From: Candidatus Latescibacterota bacterium
Lineage (GTDB): Bacteria > Latescibacterota > UBA2968 > GCA-2709665
Assembly (NCBI GenBank): GCA_965222075.1
Contig: OZ244937.1
Location: 2,048,001-2,112,000, forward strand
DNA: 64,000 bases
Reading direction: 5' to 3'
Shown: piece by piece, positions 37,652 through 47,551 of the stretch
Numbering within the stretch: position 1 is the stretch's first letter
Layout of the letters: every line of letters starts with the position of its first letter
Notes under the pieces: generated by a model
Database searches by the model: none
What the model saw: only the letters and a program-made list of their open reading frames with translations
What the model was told of the DNA's origin: nothing
Program-made: the position numbers and the translations under genes

Positions 37652-40600
37652 ATGCAACCATCCGACACAACCCGGCTTCGAGCCTCCGCGCCTGCGCTCG
37701 CCCGGCTGTCCTTTTGGGTGCCCCCGGAACGGATGGCCGAATTTGAGATGGCCTACGTGGAGAAAGTGGCTCCCATTCTGGAACGCCTCGGCCTGGTGGC
37801 ATCCTCTTGTCAGGCCCGAACGGCCCTGGAGGGGATCTTCAGCCGGCTGTTCGAGATACAAACACCATCTCATATAGCAGAAATAGAGACAGCGCTTCAG
37901 AGAGACGGAAATTGGCAGGAAACGGTGCAGAGTCTCTCAACGGCCTTTACAGCAGACGGCATACCGGACGTGTTTCGGCACCGCCTCGGAATTTACAGTG
38001 CCCCTGCAGGACCTGGCAGGGTGGTGCCTGCTGGATGCGGTCGGGGGCACTGGCGAACCTACGATGGAGTGGACGGATTGCCGGAAAACCATGTGCGGGC
38101 AGTCCTCCAGGATCGGGACGGAAACCTCTGGTTCGGCACCGAAGTCGGGGCCTGCCGATATGACGGTCGAACCTGGGCTACGTTCGCTATGCAGGACGGT
38201 CTGGGAGACAATTATGTGCAGGCGATTTTCCAGGATCGAGACGGACAGCTCTGGTTCGGCACCAGAGGCGGCGTGAGTTGTTATGACGGACAGACATTTA
38301 CCTCCTTCACGGTTCAGGATGGCCTGGCCGACAACAGTGTGTTTTCAATCCTTCAGGACCGGGAGGGAACCCTCTGGTTCGGCACCGGCAGTTTTCGCGC
38401 CGATGGCCGTGGTGTAAGTCGGTATAACGAACAGGGCTTTACTACTTTTTCCGCACAAGATGGTCTGACGGACGACACGGTGCTTTCGATTTTTCAGGAT
38501 CGGGAGGGGCGCCTCTGGTTTGGTACGAACGGCGGTGTAAATCGATATGACGGTCGAAGCTTTGCCGCTTTTTCCGCACAAGATGGTCTGGCGGGTGACA
38601 CGGTGCTTTCGATTTTTCAGGATCGGGAGGAGCGCCTCTGGTTTGGTACGAACGGCGGTGTAAGTCGATATGACGGACGATGTTTTATCACCTTCACAAC
38701 GGACGATGGGCTGGCGGAGAATGTGGTGCGGTCAATCTACCAGGACCAGGAGGGAATCCTCTGGTTCTGTACCCAAGGCGGTGTGAGCCGCTACGATGGA
38801 CAGAAATTCACGACCTTTACTTCTCAGAACGGCCTGGCCGACAATGTGGTGCGGTCGGTCTGCCAGGATCGGGAGGGGCACCTCTGGTTCGGCACGATGG
38901 GCGGCGGTGTCAGCCGATATGACGGGCAGCGGTTTATCACCTTTACAACAGACGATGGCCTGGCGGGCAATTGGGTGCGATCGATCCTTCAGGACCGGGA
39001 GGGGCGCCTCTGGTTCGGCATCTGCGGGGGCGGTGTGTGCCGTTATGATGGAGAGACCTTTTCTACCTTTTCCACACAAGACGGACTGTTAGACGTGGAC
39101 GTGCGGTTGATTTTTCAGGATCGGGAGGGGCACGTCTGGGTCGGCACTGAATACGGTTTGAGCCGGTATGATGGAGAGGCCTGGACCAGTTTCACGCCTG
39201 AAGATGGACTGCCCGAAAACCCGGTTTTTTCGATCTTTCAAGACCGGGAGGGGAGTCTCTGGATCGGCACGATATCCGGTGTGAGCCGGTATGATGGACG
39301 GCGTTTTACGAGCTTTACAACGGATGATGGATTGATCGATAACCATGTAAGGTCGATCTTCCAGGGCCGGGAGGGGGACCTCTTAATCGGTACAATATCC
39401 GGTGTGAGCCGGTATGATGGACGGCATTTTACGAGTTTTACAGCGGGTGATGGACTGATCGATAACAATGTAAGGTCGATCTTCCAGGACCGGGAGGGAG
39501 ACCTCTGGTTCGGGACCATGGGCGGCGGTGTGAGCCGGTATGACGGACAGGCCTGGACCACCTTTACCACGGGTGACGGGCTGGCGCACAACGTGGTGAC
39601 ATCGATCTTTCAGGACCGTGAAGGGCATCTCTGGTTTGGCACGGATGGCGGTGTGAGCCGGTACGATGGACAGGTCTTCCAGACGCTGACCGACCGGGAT
39701 GGTCTGCCGAGCAATTCGATGTGGTCGATCTTCCAGGATCGGGATGGATATATCTGGATCGGCACCGTCAACGGTGTGACGCGCTATCATCCCCCCGCGC
39801 CGTCGCCTCCTTCAGCGTTCATCGACGGGGTGGTGGCCGATCAACGCTATGAAGGGACAACCGCGCTTGAGATTCCCTCCAGCGTGCGGCTGACCGCCTT
39901 TGAGTTTCACGGGATCAGCTTTAAGACCCGTCCGGAGGCAGTGGTCTATCAATATCGGCTGGAGGGGTATGAAGCAGGCTGGAAGACGACAGATAGCGGC
40001 CGGGCGGAATACCAGGACCTGCCGCCGGGCGATTATACCTTTCATGTGAGGGCCATAGATCGAGATCTGAACTACTCCGATCCTGCGACTGTACGGTTAG
40101 CCGTTGTGCTGGACCCACGAATTCAGGCATTGACCGAGGCCCTGAGCGAGAGTGGGGCATCGAGTGAGTTTGTGGGGAAGAGCGATGCGCTGCACCGGGT
40201 GCAGACGCAGCTTTCGGAGATCGCCCAGACGGATGTGACGGTGTTGATTTTGGGAGAGACCGGAACGGGCAAGGGGCTGGCCGCCCGGGCGGTACACGCA
40301 CTGAGCAATCGAAAAATGGGGCCGTTTATACAGGTGAACTGCGGGGCGATTCCGGAAGGGTTGGTGGAAAGCGAACTGTTCGGACACGAAAAGGGGGCGT
40401 TTACGGGTGCGGATACCCGCAAGCTGGGGAAGGTAGAGCTGGCGAAGGGGGGAACGCTATTGTTAGATGAGATCGGGGATCTGGCCCGGGACACCCAGGT
40501 GAAGCTGTTGCAGCTTTTAGAGGAGCGGACCTTCTATCGGGTGGGAGGCACGCAGTCCCTGCAGGTCGAGGTGCGCGTAATCACAGCAACCAACCGGGAT

Positions 40601-41101
40601 CTGGCGCAAATGGTGGCAGAAGAGAGGTTCAGAGAGGACCTGTACTTCCGACTCCATGCGTTTCCGGTGCGGATGCCGCCTTTGCGAGAGCGCAGAGAGG
40701 ATATTTTGCTGCTTGCCGCCTACTTTATGGAAAGAATGGCGATGCGTATGAACAAGAAGATTACGCATTTGACGCTCGAGGCGCAGGCTATTCTGATGGC
40801 CTACAGTTGGCCGGGAAACGTGCGGGAGCTGGAGCACGCAGTACAGCGTGGAGTGATCCTGTGCAAGGGACCGACAATCGGTGTGGAGGAGATCGCGCTG
40901 GAGATTCAGAAGGATCCTGGGGGTCCGGCAGAGGAAGTTGTGACATTAGCGGAGCACGAACGACAGTATATACGGGAGGTTTTGGAGAAGACCGCCTGGA
41001 GGATCAGGGGGCCTCACGGTGCAGCGGTGCTTTTAGGACTGCCCGAGTCCACGCTGCGCAGCCGGATGAAGAAACTGGGCATTGTGCGACCACAACAGTA
41101 G
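37652..41101 (+). CDS. Sigma-54-dependent activator with N-terminal 14-blade Reg_prop propeller and Y_Y_Y sensor
   Basis: 14 repeats of QDRxGxLWxGTxxGxxRYDG, YQYRLEGY...YQDLPPGDYTFHVRA, Walker A GETGTGK, ESELFGHEKGAFTGA, LLLDEIG, WPGNVREL and C-terminal HTH GAAVLLGLPESTLRSRMKKLGI. Confidence 0.95.
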   Translation: MQPSDTTRLRASAPALARLSFWVPPERMAEFEMAYVEKVAPILERLGLVASSCQARTALEGIFSRLFEIQTPSHIAEIETALQRDGNWQETVQSLSTAFTADGIPDVFRHRLGIYSAPAGPGRVVPAGCGRGHWRTYDGVDGLPENHVRAVLQDRDGNLWFGTEVGACRYDGRTWATFAMQDGLGDNYVQAIFQDRDGQLWFGTRGGVSCYDGQTFTSFTVQDGLADNSVFSILQDREGTLWFGTGSFRADGRGVSRYNEQGFTTFSAQDGLTDDTVLSIFQDREGRLWFGTNGGVNRYDGRSFAAFSAQDGLAGDTVLSIFQDREERLWFGTNGGVSRYDGRCFITFTTDDGLAENVVRSIYQDQEGILWFCTQGGVSRYDGQKFTTFTSQNGLADNVVRSVCQDREGHLWFGTMGGGVSRYDGQRFITFTTDDGLAGNWVRSILQDREGRLWFGICGGGVCRYDGETFSTFSTQDGLLDVDVRLIFQDREGHVWVGTEYGLSRYDGEAWTSFTPEDGLPENPVFSIFQDREGSLWIGTISGVSRYDGRRFTSFTTDDGLIDNHVRSIFQGREGDLLIGTISGVSRYDGRHFTSFTAGDGLIDNNVRSIFQDREGDLWFGTMGGGVSRYDGQAWTTFTTGDGLAHNVVTSIFQDREGHLWFGTDGGVSRYDGQVFQTLTDRDGLPSNSMWSIFQDRDGYIWIGTVNGVTRYHPPAPSPPSAFIDGVVADQRYEGTTALEIPSSVRLTAFEFHGISFKTRPEAVVYQYRLEGYEAGWKTTDSGRAEYQDLPPGDYTFHVRAIDRDLNYSDPATVRLAVVLDPRIQALTEALSESGASSEFVGKSDALHRVQTQLSEIAQTDVTVLILGETGTGKGLAARAVHALSNRKMGPFIQVNCGAIPEGLVESELFGHEKGAFTGADTRKLGKVELAKGGTLLLDEIGDLARDTQVKLLQLLEERTFYRVGGTQSLQVEVRVITATNRDLAQMVAEERFREDLYFRLHAFPVRMPPLRERREDILLLAAYFMERMAMRMNKKITHLTLEAQAILMAYSWPGNVRELEHAVQRGVILCKGPTIGVEEIALEIQKDPGGPAEEVVTLAEHERQYIREVLEKTAWRIRGPHGAAVLLGLPESTLRSRMKKLGIVRPQQ

Positions 41102-41214
41102 CGCTATATATCACGCAATGCGCTATATATCACGCAGCATTCTTTTTTTATAATTAACTGTAAATAAATAAAATATAAAATTTATGGAGAAATTGTTAAG
41201 CGATATATCGCGCA
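41101..41214. promoter_or_regulatory. Putative upstream activator sequences
   Basis: Exact 17 bp direct repeat GCGCTATATATCACGCA at 41101 and 41120. Related perfect palindrome GCGATATATCGC at 41200-41211. AT-rich spacers between them. Confidence 0.7.
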
Positions 41215-41333
41215 TTCGCAATACTGTTCAAAGACTCTAAACATAGATATAACCTGAAATAATAAATAAAATTAGATATAAGACCGTTATAAACAGCCAC
41301 CTGAAGCTATATGCGTCAGATGGCTGTTTTTTC

Positions 41334-41350
41334 TTGGCACAGATTTTGCT
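41334..41350 (+). promoter_or_regulatory. Sigma-54 (-24/-12) promoter
   Basis: TTGGCAC-AGATT-TTGCT matches the TGGCAC-N5-TTGC(A/T) consensus. Confidence 0.9.
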
Positions 41351-41381
41351 ATATTCCAAGGCGTTGTCCGGGGAGGCTCCG

Positions 41382-41651
41382 ATGTTGCGCATCACAGTGG
41401 TATCACAGACGCCAGATGAGGTGGTGTTGAGGATGGAGGGCTGGGTGTCCGGAACGAATGTGGAGCTGCTGAAACAGGAAGTCACGCATTGGTTTCGGGA
41501 GGCCAAGTATGTGGTGCTGGACCTGACCAACATTCGGTTCATCGACGAAGCAGGCATCACGTTATTGCAGGGCTGGTCGAAGAAGCGTTTGATGCTGCGC
41601 GGCGGATCGCTGTTTGTTCACACACTGTTGGAGGCCCACGGGTTGGCTTAG
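41382..41651 (+). CDS. Small STAS-domain protein
   Basis: MLRIT...LRMEG...VVLDLTNIRFIDEAGITLL. GGGGAGG precedes ATG 41382. The usual phospho-Ser of DSSG is replaced (DEAG). Confidence 0.82.
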   Translation: MLRITVVSQTPDEVVLRMEGWVSGTNVELLKQEVTHWFREAKYVVLDLTNIRFIDEAGITLLQGWSKKRLMLRGGSLFVHTLLEAHGLA

Positions 41652-41815
41652 GGAAATAAAGACGAGGAATATAACCTGTCAGACGGGTGTATTATTGCGT
41701 ATAGATAAGGGGGAATGCTTAAAAGATGAATGATTTCGGGTGGCTGTCGGATGTCTTTGCGTGAACGTCATGCGCTTGAAGCTAAGTCGCTGGAGTTAAA
41801 GGAGGAGACCTGAAC

Positions 41816-44800
41816 ATGAGATCGACCAAGACTCTATATATGCTCACCGGGATTCTGACTCTCGTGTTGGCCCTGCCCCTGTCGGGCGCCTTTGCGGGCT
41901 CAACAGGTAAGATTTCCGGGCGGATCACCGATGCCCAGGGGGCGCCCCTGCCGGGGTCCAGCGTGGTCATCGAAGGCACTCAGCGGGGCGCCATCACCGA
42001 CGCGGACGGCTTTTACGTGATCGTGGCGGTAGACCCAGGCACCTACGATTTGACCGCGTCGTTGGTTGGGTTTGCGAATGTGACGAAACGGAATGTGAAC
42101 GTCACGGTCGATTACACGACGACGCTGAGTTTCACGCTGAAGGAGCAGGCGATTGAGGCGGCCGAGATCGTGGTGACCGCGGAGCGCTCGCCGGTGGAGG
42201 CGGACAAGACGTCGACCCGGTACGTGCTGTCGGTCGAGGATATCGAGCAGACGCCGATTGTCAAGACCACGGGCGAGTTTATCTCCCTGCAGCCGGGTGT
42301 GGACCAGGCCGGCACGTTCTCCGTCCGGGGGTCGAAACCCACGCAGGGCACCCACCCCTCCATAGCCAGAGGGTGGAATAAATATTCGGGGGGCGATGTC
42401 AACGTGATGGTTGATGGGGTTCGCATACCCCACAACGATGGGAACAGCGCCCTTCTGTTTACCGGCGTCAATAAAAGCGCGATCCAGCAAATCTCTGTGG
42501 AAACGGGTGTGACACCTGCCGAATATGGGGACGCGCAGGCCGGCACGGTCAACATTGTGATGAAGGATGGGGGAAGGGCGGTCCACGGGTGGACGGAGGT
42601 CAACCTCGAGCCTGGGGGACAGAAGCACTGGGGTACGAACGTCTACGATGCACCTTCGAACCGCGACCACATGAAGTGGGACGATCCCGAATGGCTGAAG
42701 GAAACGGACCCGCAGACGGGCCGAATCATCCACGTGCGGGAGGACTACACGAGCTACCAGGGGGTGAGGCTGGAGGGCAGCCTGTCCGGTCCGATCGGGC
42801 CGAAGGCATCGTTCATCGTCTCGGCCAAGCACGACCGCCGCGCCGCGACCTATCCGTCGGCGACGAGCCACGGGTTCTACAACGATCGGGGGCAGTATAT
42901 CAACGCGCCGGACAACTTTCAGGGGTCGGCCAGCCTGACCTTTAAGCCGACAGGCGGCATAAAGGTGAAGGCAGGGTTGATCCTGCAGCGGTACACGGCG
43001 TTTAACAACGAGTACAACCATGGCAACCAGGCGAATCACGGCTTCATCCGGGGTGTTGGCCGGGCCAGCGGCCGAAATATCTTTCTGCCGAGCGATTGGG
43101 CGTCGTCAGGCAAGTACCGCCACCAGGAAAACCTGGCGTACGTAACATTCACGCATACGATCTCGTCCAAAACGTTTTACGAGGTACGCCTTGCGCGCAG
43201 CCAGACCGTGAACGATACCATGGATACCCATCCCTGGTCGGAGAATCCGCGCAATGACAGGGCCGGGTGGTTCTATATCGACCGGGAGGTCGCGTCCTGG
43301 GTGGATACGGACCGCAAGCGGTACAGCATCAAGGCCGACCTGTCCAGCCAACTCACCAGGGGAAACTTTGTGAAGACCGGCTTTGAGATCATCCGCTACA
43401 ATACCTATTACACCTTCTGGTCATCGGGTTCCAAGACGGCGAACCGCTTCACGATGTCCGCCGGCGGCGATACGCCGTGGATCATGGACACGCCGGCCAA
43501 GCCGATCAGGGGGGCCTTCTACGTGCAGGACAAGATGGAGTTCGAGGGGCTGATCGCGAACCTGGGTGTGCGCCTGGACTTCAACAAGCACACGCACAAG
43601 GAGTTGATGTTCTCGGGGATGCACACGGCGCCCATGTGGAAGTTCTACACGCACAGGCACTACGCCTACGGCGTGGGGACGGGCGACGGGGTGAACGTGA
43701 CAGGCGACATGGCGCGGACGCCGCCGACGCAGTTCTACATCAGTCCGAGGTTGGGCGTCTCGCACCCGGTCACGGACCGCATGAAGCTGCATTTCTCGCT
43801 GGGGCGATTCCTCAAGTGGCTTTCCGTCTACGACAGCTATTCCAAGTCCTACCGGAATGCGGGTAAGGTCGGCCCGGACGGGGACCCGTCGTGGAAGGAC
43901 GTGAACGGCAACGGCGTGAAGGACCCGGCCGAGGCGCTCAACGTGATGCAGCACCCCAAGAAGGGCAACGGGGGAGATCCCTGGGCCCATCCGGAGCAGA
44001 CGATGACGTTTGAGGTGGGCGCAGACTGGAACTTCGTCTCCGACTATACCGCGTCTCTGGCGATCTGGTATCGCAGCGAGACGGACAAGATCACCGGTGA
44101 GGCGAACAGGTGGGAGGGTCCGAAGGTTGCGACGACGATTCGAGGCCAGGCCAACGGACGGGGGGCGTACGTGAAAGGCTTTGATATTATGATCAGAAAG
44201 CGGCTGAGCAACTACTTCTCGTTCCGCCTGGCGTGGACGTCAAGCTGGTCGGCGGCCGGCGACATAGGCCTCACGCAGTACAGGGCGCGCATGCACCCGG
44301 ACTCCTCCTTTGTGGTCAGCCCGGAATTCTGGTATAAGTTCAAACCTATGCCGGACGGGTCGGAGGTGGCAATCGCGCTCACAGAGGCGGAAAAGGTCAA
44401 ATTCGGCAGCGAGGCGGAGAGATATGTGCGGAACAGCAAGAGGTGGTACAAGGATGCGGCACGCACGCACTACGGCAGAATGCCGGAGTTCCCCCGACAA
44501 GGGAATGTACATGAAGTACATGTCGCTGGGTGGGTTTAACTGGGGCCCTCTGGCACTAACGGGACAGGAGAGAACCGGCGGCCGTTTGGGCCAGGCGAAC
44601 GCGCAGTTTGTGGTGCACACGCCGCCGGACGTCCGGTTCGGTCCCCGGTGGATGAACTGGCTGGCCAGCGATCTGAATGCGAACCTGCTCTGGCGGCTTC
44701 GCACCGGAATCCGGATCAAATGGAAGCCGCCGGGGGGAGGCACGGTGTTTGACCGAGGCCCGATCGTCACGCTGACGGACCTGGGTGTGGAGAAGGTCTT

Positions 44801-45020
44801 CAACTCGAAGGGGCGCGTGCGCCCGTCGTTCTTCGTCGAGGTCCGCAATCTCTTCGACCAGAAGACGGACATTACCAATCCTGGGGCCAAGTACATGCAG
44901 CGGGGCCAGCTGATGCCCGACCCGGACAATAAGGACTTTTTGACCTACGGGGACATGGGAGACCGCGATTTTGCCCACGCACCCAGACAGACCAACCTGG
45001 GCATCCGCGTCTCCTTCTGA
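41816..45020 (+). CDS. TonB-dependent receptor with carboxypeptidase-regulatory-like N-domain; one +1 frameshift at C5 run 44491-44495
   Basis: Signal peptide, TGKISGRITD, EIVVTAER, plug motifs (SVRG, MVDGV, PAEYGDAQAGTVNIV), FYVQDKMEF, ISPRLGVSHP. ORF 44310-45020 supplies the barrel end NLFD...PRQTNLGIRVSF with a terminal Phe. Confidence 0.88.
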
Positions 45021-45029
45021 CAGATGCCG

Positions 45030-45057
45030 GGAGGGCGCGGGTACTATCGCGCCCTCC
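45030..45057 (+). terminator. Intercistronic stem-loop after the TonB-dependent receptor
   Basis: GGAGGGCGCG / CGCGCCCTCC 10 bp stem with only a weak U-tract. Confidence 0.55.
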
Positions 45058-45121
45058 TACCTTACACTTTACGTGTTTTATCAATGACTGTTCGTATGAG
45101 ATCAGAAGGAAGGATAAGATC

Positions 45122-47530
45122 ATGAGAGTCCGAACGCCTACCTTGGCCGTTCCAATCACAGCGGCGATGGTCCTGCTCCTGCTCACCGTCGCTTCCAGTC
45201 CTCGGGCGCAGTTGGTGGGGGGAGAGGGGGACGTCGAGTCGGCACGGCTCAATCGTCCGCTTCTCTCGCCCTCTGTCACCAACGCGGGGACCCACGATCA
45301 CTTCTTCCTTGCCGGCTACGGCACGAATGCCGGGATGGCCTACCCCCGCCACAACAAGGGAGGCGGCGCCTACGGCGACAACATCCTCGGCACCATAGGC
45401 TCGTCCGGCAACAGGGATGCCTCCTTTACGGCCGTGCGCAACGGCCACGGGGTCTGGACCCTGACGTCGGACACCCGCGTGGTTTACACCGGCATCCGGC
45501 TGGGCATGCAGGAGCAGCACATCGTGCCCATGCAGTACGACGTGAGCGCCGATCCGGACCTGTCAAAGCTGGGCAAGGAAATCCACCTCCACCGCGTGCC
45601 CACGGTGAAGATGGGCAACGGAGCGGGGAGCCCCTCCGGGATATCGGAGACGAGCCTGCAGGGGAACTGGTGGCCGGGATCTGACCTGATCGAAGTGGGC
45701 AAGACCCTACCTCCCGGCACCAAGCCGCCGGTCCACATTCTCAATCTGAACCTGTCCGCCTATCCGGATGACGACACCTGGCCCGAGCAGATCATCATCA
45801 CAAAATGGACAAATTCTCAGGGCCTCACGATCACGGAACGGGTTTCCGGCTGGAGCCACCCCGACTTCGACGAGTTCTTCATCGACGAGTACGTGATCGA
45901 AAACACGGGCGATACGGATGGGGACGGGGAGCGGGACCTGCCGGCGGTCGCCCAGAACGACCTCTTCATCGGGTTTGAGGACCGGTTCAAGACCAACGCG
46001 GCCGGATCCGCGCCGTACCGCACGGCAGGGGGAGGCTACGCCTCCTGGCGGCGGGAAGAGCAAGTCACCCTGGACGACTGGTACGCCTACGACCAGAATC
46101 TCAAACTGCTGTACAACTGGGATGGCGACCAACCTCTCTTTATAGACTGGGATGATACGGGCGATCCCTACAGAGACGCCCAGGCAGAAGGGACGCTAGT
46201 CTCCGGCGCAAAGCTCGGCCAGCCTGAGGGCCAGCTGATGTCCCCCGGGCATCACGGAGTGACCGTGATCGCTTACACGGACGATTCCACGAGTCCCTAC
46301 GCGTACAATGCGCGGGACATAGGCCAGGGCTACGTCGTGCCCGAAGGCGATCAGCCCTACGCCGTGCGAATGTGGGAGTCCTTCGGTCCTCAGGTGCAGA
46401 GCGACCCGAACACCACCACGATGACGGAATTAGACATGTACTCCGAGGTGCTTTCGGGCCGCCAGATCGATCCGAACCCGGACCATGTAAGCGGCCAGAT
46501 CTCCATGCTGGTCTTCGGGCCGTACGACCTGCCCGCCGACGGAAAGACGAAGATCGTGCTGGCCTATGTGTCCGGACAGCCCGGCCAGATGCTGGGGAAC
46601 ATCGGCCCGATCGAGTGGGCGGTCAAAGGGAATCAGAACGAACTGCCCAAGGGCCACGACGCGCAGAAGCAGAATTTGGAGGCCGCACAGTTTGCTTACG
46701 ATAACGCCTTCGACCTCCCGGACGCGCCGCCCGATGTGAATTTCCGGACGGGCAGCAGCGCCACGGCGACCATGACGGTGGACTGGCCGGACGTGATCGA
46801 GAATGCGGCACACCCGGACTACGGGTCTGCGGATATTGCGGGCTACCGGGTCTATCGCACCTCCTGGTTCGACATCGGCCCCTACGAGTTGGTTGCGGAT
46901 ATCCCCGCGGGAACGACGAGCTTAGAGGCGCCTGCCTACAGGGTGACGCGCGAGGGCGGGCTGTACAAGGTCACGGACCTGCGCTCGGCGGCCGGATTCT
47001 TTTATCACTACAGCGTGCGCGCCTACGCAAAGCCCCACGCGGACTGGACCCCGGGGAGCAGCGATCCGGCGGTGCACCCGCTTTCGATGGCAGACCTGCC
47101 CGGCCACATCACCAGCCACGTGCAGGTGGGCCAGGAGGGGGGCTGGTCCGCGTCGACACAGCGGATTTATGCGGCCGAATCGCCCTTCTCGGTGCCGTCG
47201 CCGGAGACGGAGTCCCTCAGCGAAAAGATCCGGGTGGTGCCCAACCCCTACTTTGCCCTCGAACAGGGGCGATTCTACCCCGGTTCTACGAAACTCCGGT
47301 TTGTGGGCATCCCATCGCACTGCAGAATCCGCGTCTTCTCGGCATCCGGAGACATGGTCTCCGATTACCTTCACGACAATCCGACCAAGGGGGAGTCCGA
47401 CTACATCCAGGAGACGTGGAACCTGAGCGGGTCGATCGCTTCGGGGGTCTACTTCTGGGTGGTGGAGAATCTGATCGACGGTCCGAATAAAGGGAAGATT
47501 CAGAAGGGCCACCTCGTGGTTATCCGATAA
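45122..47530 (+). CDS. Secreted protein with Fn3-like domain and T9SS type-A-like C-terminal domain
   Basis: Sec signal peptide, DIAGYRVYR, and C-terminus IRVVPNPY...IRVFSASGDMV...WNL...IASGVYFWVVE...GHLVVIR. Confidence 0.8.
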   Translation: MRVRTPTLAVPITAAMVLLLLTVASSPRAQLVGGEGDVESARLNRPLLSPSVTNAGTHDHFFLAGYGTNAGMAYPRHNKGGGAYGDNILGTIGSSGNRDASFTAVRNGHGVWTLTSDTRVVYTGIRLGMQEQHIVPMQYDVSADPDLSKLGKEIHLHRVPTVKMGNGAGSPSGISETSLQGNWWPGSDLIEVGKTLPPGTKPPVHILNLNLSAYPDDDTWPEQIIITKWTNSQGLTITERVSGWSHPDFDEFFIDEYVIENTGDTDGDGERDLPAVAQNDLFIGFEDRFKTNAAGSAPYRTAGGGYASWRREEQVTLDDWYAYDQNLKLLYNWDGDQPLFIDWDDTGDPYRDAQAEGTLVSGAKLGQPEGQLMSPGHHGVTVIAYTDDSTSPYAYNARDIGQGYVVPEGDQPYAVRMWESFGPQVQSDPNTTTMTELDMYSEVLSGRQIDPNPDHVSGQISMLVFGPYDLPADGKTKIVLAYVSGQPGQMLGNIGPIEWAVKGNQNELPKGHDAQKQNLEAAQFAYDNAFDLPDAPPDVNFRTGSSATATMTVDWPDVIENAAHPDYGSADIAGYRVYRTSWFDIGPYELVADIPAGTTSLEAPAYRVTREGGLYKVTDLRSAAGFFYHYSVRAYAKPHADWTPGSSDPAVHPLSMADLPGHITSHVQVGQEGGWSASTQRIYAAESPFSVPSPETESLSEKIRVVPNPYFALEQGRFYPGSTKLRFVGIPSHCRIRVFSASGDMVSDYLHDNPTKGESDYIQETWNLSGSIASGVYFWVVENLIDGPNKGKIQKGHLVVIR

Positions 47531-47551
47531 TGCGAAGAAAGGGGTAAGACC

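Noticed and set aside
38050-39790. CRISPR-like or DGR-like repeat array
   Set aside because: The ~123 bp period is in-frame coding for propeller blades. There are no spacers, cas genes, reverse transcriptase or adenine-specific variation.
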